Source: Chlorokybus atmophyticus
Lineage: Eukaryota; Plantae; Mesostigma and Chlorokybus algae
Direction of reading: 5' to 3'
DNA: 64,000 bases
Assembly: GCA_009103225.1 (NCBI GenBank)
Contig: RHPI01003369.1
Span: 1,099,490-1,163,489 of the forward strand
Shown: in pieces, positions 13,791 to 26,300 of the stretch
How positions within the stretch are numbered: the stretch's first letter is position 1
How the letters are laid out: each line of letters opens with the position of its first letter
Notes under the pieces: model-generated
Told to the model about the DNA's origin: nothing
Databases searched by the model: none
What the model saw: the letters and a program-made list of their open reading frames with translations, nothing else
Position numbers and translations under genes: made by a program

Positions 13791-16210
13791 TGCGTGCGTG
13801 TGTCGTTCTCACCTCCCTTGCCTACCATCATGATATCCACACATCAAAAGGTTTCTTCTTTTCTCAGGATGTTAATTGGGCGCGCTTGCGGTTGGGATCT
13901 ACGGAGCTCACGGTGCGGCGTGCGCTTGTAGCAGCGGCGATGTTCTTCCTCGTCGTGTTCTTCTTCGTGCCGGTCGGGATCATATCAGGCTTGGCGCAGA
14001 TACGCTACCTGCAGCGGCTTCCTGTCATCAAGCGCCTTGTGGCTGTGTGAGTTAGCAAGCTCTGTGACTTGTTGTTCGTGTTGTTGCCTCCCTCATCAAC
14101 ACCTTGTGTGTGTATACATATAAACGTACATGCATATATATACACATGTACATACACACGCATACATGTACACTTATACATATACAGGCATCCTCACACA
14201 TGCATGCGCGAGCTTTATGCAGCTCTCTTGTCACATTTCTAAACACTCTCTGCAGGCCTTTCATTCGTGCGTTGTTGGAGGGTTTCCTGCCATCTGTTGC
14301 TTTGCTGCTGGTGTTGTCCATGATGCCGCCGCTCACGTTGGCGCTATCATCAATGCAGGTAACAATCTGTAATGTGGAGGTGGCAACGGCCATGTGCTCT
14401 TGCCAGTGTGACATTATGAACGATTGCAGGGGCCGATAAGCAAAAGCCGCATGCACCGTGCGGCCGTGTCCAAGTTCTTCCTCATCCTCGTGTGCAACGT
14501 GTTCCTCGGTTACACCATCGGCGGCACCCTGTGGGGCCAACTGCAGGTGCTACATACACATACACACATAAGCTTGCCATGTCATGTCATTGTACGTGCA
14601 GTGTGAGCAACACCTTAGGTGAAAAGGTCACATATCTACACACGATTGCATCACACAGATCACTCTACGCAAGCATGTGTGGGCCCATAACCTGTTGACC
14701 CGCTACAACACAATGGTCTACTGCAGGCCATCTTGGATCACCCGAGGCGTGCTGTGGAGATCCTCGGCGCCTCCGTGCCATCCACAGCAACATTCTTCCT
14801 CACCTTCGTGGCCACGCGCGCACTCCTCTCTTTCCCCTTTGAGCTGCTTCGCCCCTGGGCCCTCATAATGTACTTTTGTTGCTCATTTTGGGTTGTGTGC
14901 CATGCCAGTGCATCAGTCTGGTTGCATGTGTGATGTTTGTATATGTTGGCATGGTCAGGGCGCTGGTGGACATGGCGCAAGGAGCATTGAAGGGCAGGAG
15001 ACGCATGCCTGCTTACAAAGAGGAGGTGCCCTACCATCAAGAGGTACGGTTGCCTAGTTGTTGTTCCTCCAGCATGTGTCTGCTCTGCTGGTCTATAGTA
15101 AGAGTGACAGCAGTAATGTTGCTACTTCACAGGTTCCCAACCACTTGAATGTGATCGTCCTCGGGTTGACATACGCAGTGATAGCGCCCGTGCTGCTTGT
15201 AGCAGCGTTGCTTTATTTCTCTTTGGGTTCCCTCGTCTGGCACCATCAGGCAGGTGTTGTTGTGATGTGTTCACCAGACCGCCTTAGTATCATCATAGTG
15301 TATGCTTGTTGCTTGATGGTGTTCTTACCTCTACTCCAGGTGTTGAATGTGTATGAGCGAACGTACGAGTCCGGCGGGAAGCTCTGGCCTCTCGTGCACA
15401 ATCGCGTGCTGGCGGGCCTCCTCATCGCGCAGCTCACACTCATTGGCGTGTTTGGCCTCAAGGCTGCTTCCCATCAGGTGTGAATGAATTATTGTTGTAT
15501 GTGTTAACAGCTGGCCATCAAAGCAACCACTCCCAAAGTGTTGCTACACTGATACAGGTGCTGATCCTGCTGCCGCTACCGTTCATGACACTGGCGTACT
15601 ACCTTTGGAGCAACTCACGTTTCATGAAGCCTTGCAAATACCTCTCCCTCGACACTGCAAGGTCAGAGTCATGATTACGTACCAATGCACTCGCGATGAA
15701 ACAAGTTGCAGGGCCTTGTGTGTGTAGTAATGTTGTGTGCCAGTGCTGTCACAATGCATCTTCTGCGGTAGTTGTATGCTCAGTGTGAGTCTGCATTGCA
15801 CGCAGTGTACAAACCTACTGGCAGGCGGTTTGTGATACAAAGTCACACGTGCACATGTATGATTTTGTGCACGTATAGACATTTTACCGCGCATGCGCAC
15901 ACGCACATGCATACACACATGTGCTGCACACCTCAGGTGGGTGGACAGCCTTGAGTGGCTGTCTCAAGACGAGGACGCTGCGCTCGAGAGTGTGCTGGAG
16001 CAGTACCTGCCGCCGGCCATGCGCGGCACCGCGCTCGCATCCCTCCCCGCACGTGCGGGCGCTGCTGCTGATAACAACAACAACGGCGAGAACAACGACA
16101 ACAACAACAGCAATAATGGTGGCAACACTGCTGGTGTTGGATTGACTCGCACTGCCCGTGAGTTGGGAAGCGGGTGGTCGAGTTCAGGCTCTGGACTAAC
16201 GTGGGTGTAA
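11233..16210 (+). CDS. OSCA/CSC1/ERD4-family mechanosensitive cation channel (multi-exon)
   Basis: Exons read MAEVSSFLLAMGIDAAIC.., VGLDALVYLRLF, PLLLPLNLTGG, LDMLTMANI, HRVGFLGLWGPRLDSVAFY, SAVVVFRTRASA, APQP.DVNW, GFLPSVALL, ATFFLTFV, VPYHQEVP, TYAVIAPVLL, LNVYERTYESGGKLWP, LLPLPFMTLAYY. Confidence 0.92.
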
Positions 16211-17222
16211 CTTGTATTGTAAGGTAATGTAAAGGGTTGAGTTTGGTGCATGAGTCATGCGCTGCTGTCGGTGTGGATGTTGTACAATGGTTAGTGGGCA
16301 TGGTAAATGTACGCATGCAGTTCAGCCACAACAACTCAAGTTGCTTATGGTGTTATTTTTGGCAGTATAATTTCAGCGTACAAACGTAGTTTACAAACAA
16401 GTCAACCAAAGAAATGCGCATGTTGCATGTGGTATGCAGGTCAAGTGGCACATTCCGTGTGTATGTGTGCCACATCATCATGAGGAGTATCGCGTTGCAC
16501 ATCGCTATAAACTTCGTGCATTGACTTCTATCTGCACGCACTCGGTTACACATCATGCACCTCATTGATAGCGTAGACCTTTGTTTTGTCGAAGCAGGCA
16601 TAACATGTTTGTGAATGCCTCTTCTCTTCAATTGCAGTTTGCATTGAGTTTATGTAACCATGTCGGGAGTTCCCACACACTTTAGCATGCATCATAACTC
16701 GTTACACAATTGAGAAAAGATCATACAATTGGTGTGAAGGCATAGCTTCATAAAACACAAGAGTTGCGGCAAAGCAAGCTCCAAGAGTGGTTACAATGCA
16801 TATGCAACTGTAGATAGCAACAAGATAGCAACAAGCAAACAACAAGTAAGCGATTTTAGTGGGGGCCAAGACAGAGGTTAAGGCTATGATTGCAACTTAG
16901 GACCTAGCGACCCTCAATTAGCAACAGGTTGTGTGCGGGTGCAAGGGCATGGAAATAACATAGCGTAGGAACCGCTTGCACAGCGCCATGTGTACAAAAG
17001 AACGCTGGCAGAATTTACTGCGTGCAATGCGTGCTTTGCACATACACACAACATGCATGACATGCATGACACACGCATAGGCAACAGCAGCACTCGGTTC
17101 AGCAATCACCACCGAGCTACTTTATTACCTCCATCTACCTCTACACCTATCACTACTACCTCTGAGTGCACGTGCGTGTGTGTTGAGGTTGCACAAGCAT
17201 GCAGAATGCATATGCGAGCACA

Positions 17223-18330
17223 TGCATGTTGACATCATGCTGGGTCCATTGCATGTGTCGTGCATGTGCATACGTGTCGCGCATTTTCTGCACACACTAC
17301 GCCCTGGTAGGTCTTCGGACCATAAAAGGCCAGTGGCAAGTCGGGTTAGCCCACGCTTGTACAGGTGTGCGCCTGGCTACCCCATGTCAAGGCATGGGGA
17401 GACAGTGTCCTAGTTGGCTATGCTTTTGATGCATGATGCTAGAGTCAAAGTACATAGGGTGCTTGACCGGGAGCACCATGCATGCATAGATGTGACAGGT
17501 AGAACCCCACCCCGGGAGCCATGCAGGGCAGTGCAGAAGACGCTCAACATCATGACGCAACCAGCATGGGACTGGCGCCGAATTAAAGCACGTGTACTAG
17601 ACATCCACTACCATTGGCAGCTGCCGATTGTGAAGAGCATACGGCATCACAAAGCGCAGGAACAAGAGCACGGGGAGCAGGCTGATGGGTGAACACAGCT
17701 TGCCCGTGCGAAGGACCTAGCCCCACCAACCCCACCACCCAACCCAACCCAACCAAACCAGAACATGCACTGCACAAGAGCACATGAACGGCACAAGCCC
17801 AGTACCACCAGCACTGCACGCACAGCACTGCGGACGTGGACAGTGCGTGAGGGTTGACGCAGCACAAGACCGCAAGCGGAAGAAGCGCAGGGAGGCGGAG
17901 GGGGAGGAGAGGGCGAGGGAGTTGTCGTCGCTGCTGCTCATGTTGACGTTGTGGGCAACTGTCAACCGCTAACCACGGCCCATGTGGGCAGGTACTACAT
18001 GCATGTACTGACTGCTATGGCTAACGAGGTGTGGGTAGTAGAGTAGGTAGTGCAGTTAGTGAGTAATAGTAGCCCGGTGGTCTACATGAACAGTGTGAAC
18101 TGCATGTTGACATCATGCTGGGTCCATTGCAAGTGTCGTGCATGTGCATACGTGTCGCGCATTTTTTGTACACGTGTCACCCTCGCAAGTAATGCTAGCA
18201 CCGACCAACCCATGCACAAACATAAAGGCCGTTGTGCAAGTGATTGCGTCTGCCACTGGCAATGCATGCATGACAAACAGGGTGGGGTAGTTGTAGTGGC
18301 AGAGTAGGTTGGCATAGTTGAGCCCGGTAG
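17223..18330 (+). mobile_element. Short non-autonomous Chlamys-type PLE derivative with pseudo-LTR
   Basis: ~70 bp direct repeat (about 17223-17295 and 18101-18173). 17551-17645 encodes MTQPAWDWRRIKARVLDIHYHWQLPIVKSIR, homologous to the N-terminus of the 23343 ORF, and is joined directly to a 3' UTR homologous to 18780-19170. Confidence 0.8.
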
Positions 18331-19214
18331 TCGTGATAAAGGTGCGTGTGTGTGAGGTGTGCAGCTTGTGGCATGTGTACATCATGCATGCAACTGCCAC
18401 ATTGATGCATGTGATATTAGATGTAGAATGAAAGCATATAACTACAACAACCAACCAAGTCACCAAAGCAACAATCAACCATCATCGTGCACATCAGTCA
18501 CACACCTGCACTTGCAGCTATTGGCACGCTGTTAGCCCCAGCAAGCACATCGCACTCTATGCTTGAAACATACCTGGTCCCACCTAGCCCCCACTCTATC
18601 ATGCCACACGATGTGGCCAGTGGTAGTAATCAACACTTGCAGACCTGCGTGTGTGCGCGCGCGCGCGCGCGTGCGTGTGTGTGTGTATATAAGGGGTATG
18701 GTACGGTGGCAGCATGCATGTGGACAATGCGAATGGCATGCATCAGCACAAGCATACACACGCTTTACACATCAAATTTAACCACCGGGCTAGTTCTATG
18801 GCTGTTTGCTACACTATACCAATGCTAGCCCGCCCCGTTAGACATACAAGCATGCATTCAGTTAGTACCTGCTCACATGGGCGCTGGTCAGTCCGTTGTC
18901 AACCACGGCCACAGCTGCAACAGCATCAACATGCTAGACGACTCCCCCCTCTCCCTCCGCTCCCTCTGCCTCCGCCCTCCTCTCAGCCACTACTGCGCGG
19001 GCTGCTGCGTGCCGCAGTTGTCAACAACCCTTGCCGCGCAGTGCTCACGTCAGCACTGCGCTGGGCAGGGACCTTTAGGTCGTACGCTGGGGCTGTGCTG
19101 CTGTGCTGGTCAGGTGCAGCTGGTAGGGTTGGGTGGTGGGGTTGGTTTGTTGTGTCTGTGGCACGGGCAAGCTGGGTTAGCAGCAGCCTGCTCCCCGTGC
19201 AGTGGCTCGTACAG

Positions 19215-22200
19215 TCAGGCCCGGTGCTTGCGCACTTCCGCAAACACTAGCTTGTACAAGAGCTGCGGTGGTGTGCAGTATACGTAGGTGTTCGCTGTCA
19301 ACATCTTGTGACGCAGCGTCGCCAACAGGCGTTTCATGGGGTGTCCGTCCTGCTGCATGCCCAGGAGCAGCGCGGACATGGCGCTGACGAAGTGAGTCCG
19401 GTAGGTGCAAACGCGACTGAATCTTGCGTACTGGGATTCGACGACGCCCAACTTCACTGCGCGAGGTAGATTGGACGATGGTAGGGGTGCTCGGTGGCGT
19501 GGTACGTTGGCGAAGGCTGGCAGATCACGCTTGCAGTATAGTCTGGTACACATTCCCACTTCCGTCTGGAACACTAACAGATCCAAAAATGAGACTGAAG
19601 TACCGCAGGCAGTGCTGGTCACCGTCAGAATGTCTCGCGGGTATATGCCTCCCCCTGGGACACCCGGTCCTCTGTACAGCAGATGCTCAAACTCCGGGAT
19701 GTCCGCCACAAACAGATCGTCTATGTATCGCAGTACGCCACGCGAGCACCTTGCTAACAGCTGTACGTCACCAGTGCTCTGCAGGTGGTCGGCGAAGTCG
19801 AGTTCGTGGGTTAGCAGATACCCATTCGCCAAATGTGCACCAGCGTTGTTGCCCATCGGCACCCCCACGCACTGTCTGTACAGCTCATCAGTGGCTGTAC
19901 GCACGTATAGGTTGGCCAGCAGGTACCGTAGCATGGCGCTCAGCAGTGCCGGGGTGAAAGTACGCCATTGGTGACCGTCGTCGTCTTCATAAGTGGCTGC
20001 CGCTGTCCAATGATGTAGCACCGTGCCATCCGAATCCACTGCCAAATGCAGATGCGTAGCGCGGCTGTGGTTGTGCTGATAGTCAAAAGTGGCAGCTACC
20101 AACCTTTCCATCCTTTGCAGTAGATCAGTGTGCTGTATGCGCGTGTAAAGTGTCGAAAAATCAAAAGTCTGTAGCAGCATGCGTATCTGCTTGTCACGTG
20201 CTGTGCGAGTGGAGTTCAACGCACATTGTAATCTGATAAACGCCATGGGATCAGTCACCACCCAGCTGTGCAACACGCCTGGTAGCGCCACTATCTCCGC
20301 CCATAGCTGATGCCAAATCGCAGTCATGGTTTTGTATACACGGGTCAGCCAGATGCTGGCCTCTGTCAAGGAAGTATTCCATGCCGCTGCTATAAAGCGT
20401 GGTTGTGGTGGGTCTTTGTGTAGCTTCCAGAGCAGGTACAAATGCGGTAACCGAGCAGGTTGACCAGCTTTGGCCGAACTGAAGTTGTGGATGCGGTTCC
20501 ATTCCTGGTGGGACTGTAGCACCTCTTGCGGTGATGCTGTGACATGCTCATAGGCGTCCGTACCGAGCTCTGTCACCANTCTTGTGACGCAGCGTCGCCA
20601 ACAGGCGTTTCATGGGGTGTCCGTCCTGCTGCATGCCCAGGAGCAGCGCGGACATGGCGCTGACGAAGTGAGTCCGGTAGGTGCAAACGCGACTGAATCT
20701 TGCGTACTGGGATTCGACGACGCCCAACTTCACTGCGCGAGGTAGATTGGACGATGGTAGGGGTGCTCGGTGGCGTGGTACGTTGGCGAAGGCTGGCAGA
20801 TCACGCTTGCAGTATAGTCTGGTACACATTCCCACTTCCGTCTGGAACACTAACAGATCCAAAAATGAGACTGAAGTACCGCAGGCAGTGCTGGTCACCG
20901 TCAGAATGTCTCGCGGGTATATGCCTCCCCCTGGGACACCCGGTCCTCTGTACAGCAGTTGCTCAAACTCCGGGATGTCCGCCACAAACAGATCGTCTAT
21001 GTATCGCAGTACGCCACGCGAGCACCTTGCTAACAGCTGTACGTCACCAGTGCTCTTCAGGTGGTCGGCGAAGTCGAGTTCGTGGGTTAGCAGATACCCA
21101 TTCGCCAAATGTGCACCAGCGTTGTTGCCCATCGGCACCCCCACGCACTGTCTGTACAGCTCATCAGTGGCTGTACGCACGTATAGGTTGGCCAGCAGGT
21201 ACCGTAGCATGGCGCTCAGCAGTGCCGGGGTGAAAGTACGCCATTGGTGACCGTCGTCGTCTTCATAAGTGGCTGCCGCTGTCCAATGATGTAGCACCGT
21301 GCCATCCGAATCCACTGCCAAATGCAGATGCGTAGCGCGGCTGTGGTTGTGCTGATAGTCAAAAGTGGCAGCTACCAACCTTTCCATCCTTTGCAGTAGA
21401 TCAGTGTGCTGTATGCGCGTGTAAAGTGTCGAAAAATCAAAAGTCTGTAGCAGCATGCGTATCTGCTTGTCACGTGCTGTGCGAGTGGAGTTCAACGCAC
21501 ATTGTAATCTGATAAACGCCATGGGATCAGTCACCACCCAGCTGTGCAACACGCCTGGTAGCGCCACTATCTCCGCCCATAGCTGATGCCAAATCGCAGT
21601 CATGGTTTTGTATACACGGGTCAGCCAGATGCTGGCCTCTGTCAAGGAAGTATTCCATGCCGCTGCTATAAAGCGTGGTTGTGGTGGGTCTTTGTGTAGC
21701 TTCCAGAGCAGGTACAAATGCGGTAACCGAGCAGGTTGACCAGCTTTGGCCGAACTGAAGTTGTGGATGCGGTTCCATTCCTGGTGGGACTGTAGCACCT
21801 CTTGCGGTGATGCTGTGACATGCTCATAGGCGTCCGTACCGAGCTCTGTCACCATGCAGTTTAGGTAGTGCTTTTAACAGACTGCCACTATCACTCCAGC
21901 GCATTTGTCCACCTCAGTAATCACAAAGTCCTGTTGCAGTTTTCGCAAGGCTGCGGCATCGGATCTGCTCATTGTGTCTGGGGTGGTCACTGTGCCCTGC
22001 TGTTCCGCGAGTGCCATGATGGTATCTGCTTGCCGTTTCACCACAGCGAGCAGTGTCTCTGCCCATTGCTGCAACACCATTGATTGCCCCCATCGCTGCT
22101 CCAGCTCCGTGGCAAAGCGACGCACCCCCCTCACAATTGCTGGCAGACAGACCTGTACATTTGCCGGTACAGTACTGCGGAACTTTGTCCCTTTGCGCAT

Positions 22201-23343
22201 CACCAACCGCAGGACGAGCGATGGTGTCAGGCGGTCATAGTCGCATGTCACCACGTGCTGTAGTTGCGGGTGTACTGTGGCCGCCCAGCATGGCTCTGCG
22301 CACACACATGTCGCTGCCGACATTATCGCCATGTGTTGTTGCGCGGTGGATTGAGTCACGAGGTAACTTCGGTTGCATAACATGTGTCCCACTGTCTTGC
22401 TGCATTTCCAGACGACCATGGGCTGACCCAAGCGCGCACGGACTGTGTTAGGTAGCGTGGCTAGCACCTCCGCATGGGACAGCAGATTTTGCAGGTGCAG
22501 TGCATCGGCTGCTTCATTGTCGAAAGGGCATGTCACCAACAGGCGCGCGTTGCGTGTCTGCGGCAAGCCTGTTGGGTAGTTGTGCAGCAGTCTGCTCAAA
22601 GCGCCTGTCAGTGCTTTCGCATGAGCTGGCAGTACTTGTAGGTCGGCTGCTGCTGTGTGTTGTAGGACGGCCAACATCTTGTGCAGGTTCAATAACTTGT
22701 AGGTCAGCAGGTTGGCGAAGACGAACTGGCCCTTCTGCATACATTCTGTGAGGCGTTGGATGCGACGTTTGAAGTCCCTGTAGCCGAACACCCTGCCTTC
22801 TCGTGGGGCCTGGGGTTGGTGTTGTGGTAGTGTGCGCATCTGCTGGCGTCGCCAGCGTGGTACCCGTGCTCTTCTGTAGGGAGAATGTTCAATATTGTAG
22901 CCTCGTGGTGTCCCCGTGCGCAAGCGTTGCATCCACAGCCATTCCTTTTGGGCAGCGCGCAGATGCCAAGCTGCAGAGGTTTCTCGAGGCCTCAGCGGCA
23001 CTGCCTCCAGCGGCGACACGCCCCACCATTGCACCGGTAAGGTTTGCATTGTCTTTTCCAACAGGGTGGCTGTGGCGCGGTGGGCTGCCTGGAAGTGTTC
23101 CTTGAAACGCTTGAATGCGGACTGGACTGTCATGCCAACGTAGCACTTCTTGCTGCCTGTGGTAGTGTAGATGATGTAAATGACGTGGTGCTCATCGGTT
23201 GGTGATAGCGGTTGCGTGGTGTGCAAGATGCGTCTGATTCTGCTGCGGATGCGTCGTAGTAGTGGTAGTTGCCAACGGTAGTGAATGTCCAAGACACGTG
23301 CTTTAATGCTAGCCCAGTCATATGCGGGTTGTGAGCGAGGCAT
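19215..23343 (-). pseudogene. PLE EN-RT ORF (~950 codons once the 1276-bp duplication is collapsed), interrupted by one TAA at 21874-21876
   Basis: ORF 21874-23343 continues in frame through TAA-KHYLNC into MVTELG (21855). 23343-19215+1-1276 = 2853 nt. Confidence 0.85.
19304..21854. repeat. 1276-bp-period tandem duplication of the RT region joined by a single N (20579)
   Basis: 19304-20578 is nearly identical to 20580-21854, with two substitutions noticed (CAGATG/CAGTTG; CTGCAG/CTTCAG). Confidence 0.95.
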
Positions 23344-26300
23344 GGTGTCGGCGCAGGCGCTGCACTGCCCTGCATGGCCAACGGGGTGGGCGNGATATCA
23401 ATATTAACTGCATGCATTTGGCGATGTTAACACCTTAACATTAACGAGCATGAATTCGCTTTTTTGCGTTCAAAGATACAACTTTACCACCTTTATATGC
23501 ATTTTCACACACATATCAATGCCATTAATGGCAAGATAAGATTATGTCTCATATGGATCACATTATGTTCAATCGGACGCCTCGAGACATGTCTGACATG
23601 TCTGATCATATGAATCAAAACTTAATCATGTTGGATTGGCAGCAACGTTACATAATCAAGCAAGGTGATTGAGCGCATCCTCATATGTATGTAATAAAGC
23701 TATCATAGCATTATCATACCATCACAGCGTTATCATACCATCACAGCATGCTTTACTTTATAATGATTATAGTAAAGTAGATGATAAAGTTCATGATTTA
23801 ATGAACTGGCTTTCACAGTCAGAGGCAAGGCCAATTCTTGTTTAAGGAGAGTGCATTATTTGTCAGAGAAGTGATATTATAAGCAACACGAAAACGTAAT
23901 AATGTTAACATTCACACAAAAACACACATGCCAAAGGGCCCAAGGGCCGAAATCACATTAACATGAAACAAAGCAAGCGCTAGTTATACACAAAGTATAT
24001 AATCGAAAGTGTTGAGGGTGAGTACACGGTGCGGAAGATACATGGGTCTTGGTTAGACACGCACATGGAGAGCGGTAGCGGGTTGTAATAGTGTGGAAAT
24101 AAGAAGGGCAAGTATGTAAAAATGGTGACCCTCGACACGCACTTCCCCCTCGCACCCCATAACACACCAATGTTTTATCTAGTAACGTCAGGATCCAGCA
24201 ATCCGCTTCCAAGCCGCCTGCTCGAGCCCCGCCTATTTGGATGCAATCCCCATGTCAATAGGCCGCGTGACAGCCAATTGCCAGCACTTGACAACTTAGC
24301 CACAAATGTCTACGCTGTAGGTACTGACATCTTATCTGTAGATGTCAATCTCTGCAGTCTATGAGACGAATATTAATGTGGACTAGTTAGCCATTAATGT
24401 CTACAATGTAGATTTGTGTGTCTACTAGGTAGACAGTCACATCTACCAAGATACGTATGTTGATATCTTAGACATGAATGTGGATACCTTATATAAGATT
24501 GTTGACATCGCAGCTTTGATGTTGAGAGTATGAAGGTTCATGTCGATGTTGATATCGCACACAAAGATGCGATTATATTAAAAGTAGATGCCTACATTAC
24601 AAGGAAGAATGTTGATAAAACACGTGTATTTGTTTGAAAAGTACAAGATGATGCATATGTTGATATCACAGTGATGCATGTTAATATTGTAGACTACCAC
24701 ATTGATATCGAGGATACTGCTATCTACAACCTGCGGCCAAGTTGATGTGTGGCCAATAGGCAAAGCCATGACAATCAAGTGCGACCTCATTGGTTGCTCA
24801 TGCCTATGGGTAAAAGTATTGTGAAAGATGATTGGTTTGAGCCTAATAAAGACACGTGCAATAGTGCTTGTCGCAAGATGGTTAGCCGCCTTAGATTACA
24901 CTGGGGTGCAAACGAGGCACCATTGATGGAAACACCCACTACCCTCGAGTGACCAGTTAAGGCACTAGGGGTATACAAGTGAGCAGCTTAGTAGGGTCTA
25001 CCTTGCCTTGGCGTGGTCGCTCGTATGGGACTTCACGTGGGGACGTGTGTCCTTGTGTAGCACTTGTGTGTGAGTGTGTACACTTGGAGGACGTGCTTAC
25101 ACTTGCATGTGTGAGGGTATGCACGGTGCTAACACTTGTGTGTGAGTGTGTGTACGGTGTGAGAGTGCTTGCACTTGTGTGTAAGTGCGTGCACTGCGTA
25201 GAGTGCATGACCTTCTTAGGTGAGAGCTAAGTGCTTAAGCCTAGGGTGGCGTTGCACTTGTGCTGAAAAACCTTGCGTTCAATCTTCCTCTTGCTCCTGC
25301 TCGAGGAGGATCTTGCGCAAATCCATTGATGCAACTGATGTGCGCCATAACATATACGAGGATACACGAAACGAAAGCCACTCATACACAACGCGCGCAC
25401 ACACGTACCTGCATGCGTGAACATAAATAGAAATGTATCCATTTTGTATTTACCTCACCCAACGACAATGTTTCGTGGCCAACCATCCTCGTGCTTTCTA
25501 AATTCGCCTTTAATCCCACTCGAAGAGCAAGAGAATTTTGAGCGGGAGCGAGAGGAGGATTTTGCGCAGATTTGAAAAGCACTTGATTAATTGCCCATAC
25601 ATATCTTCATACTTTTATTATAACACTGTAGTTACGAAGATCAGATCCTGACTTCAAGGTGTAGCGGAAGAGGGGCACACAAGAGCATGTAAGTGTGCTC
25701 TTGCATTAGCGGTTCATACAATACTTGCAGGTGGCTTTCGGCAAAACCGCATGCAGGGCTCAATCCATGTCAGTTATTAACAAGGCAACATGTTATGACC
25801 ATTTGTATGTTGATTGCCGTTAACCGCTTACGCAGTTATAGTGCAACATTGCTCGCTCAGGTGTTGACACGCTAAGTACAACTATAACCACAAAGTGTCA
25901 TATGATAACGGTATTGAGCTCCAAAGCACTGATGGTCGCACCGTCCCAATCATGTATGCAATCCTTTAGACGCTATCTACAACTTGATTGGCTCATCGTT
26001 CACAACACGTCGAGCTTTGCCGGATGCCTCTATGTGAATAAGTGCCATACAAAATATTCAAATAGCAATATTAAGCAACACCTTCACATCCTCTCAATGA
26101 TGTATGATGTAATTTCATTACATGTTTGCAATTGAATTACACAATATATGAAGTAATTTCATTACATTACTACATGTTTGCAATAAAATTGCATCATTAC
26201 TTTACCACAACACAGCTTGATGTAAAAACATTCAATATGTGCAAAAGGTCTACTTGAACATTGCCAACCCAACTCTCATGTCCCGTGCGTCGTTAGCGCA

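Larger units (their letters stand above)
18600..23391 (-). mobile_element. Near full-length Penelope-like element with N-terminal GIY-YIG endonuclease, CxC linker and RT (Chlamys-type)
   Basis: VIYIIYTTTGSKKCYVGMT..R..EH..E..W...GYN (GIY-YIG without CCHH), ATCVC linker, RT motifs QTFDFSTLY, GVPMGNNAGAHLAN and RYIDDL. The 3' UTR extends to about 18600. The 5' end is cut by the N at 23392. Confidence 0.93.

Noticed and set aside
19405-21250. 189-aa and 177-aa plus-strand ORFs (twice)
   Set aside because: Antisense shadows of the GC-rich RT frame; no independent motifs.
24010-24164. TGTT..AACA 155-bp segment resembling a solo LTR
   Set aside because: No target-site duplication (GAAAG vs CACCA) and no second copy in the window.
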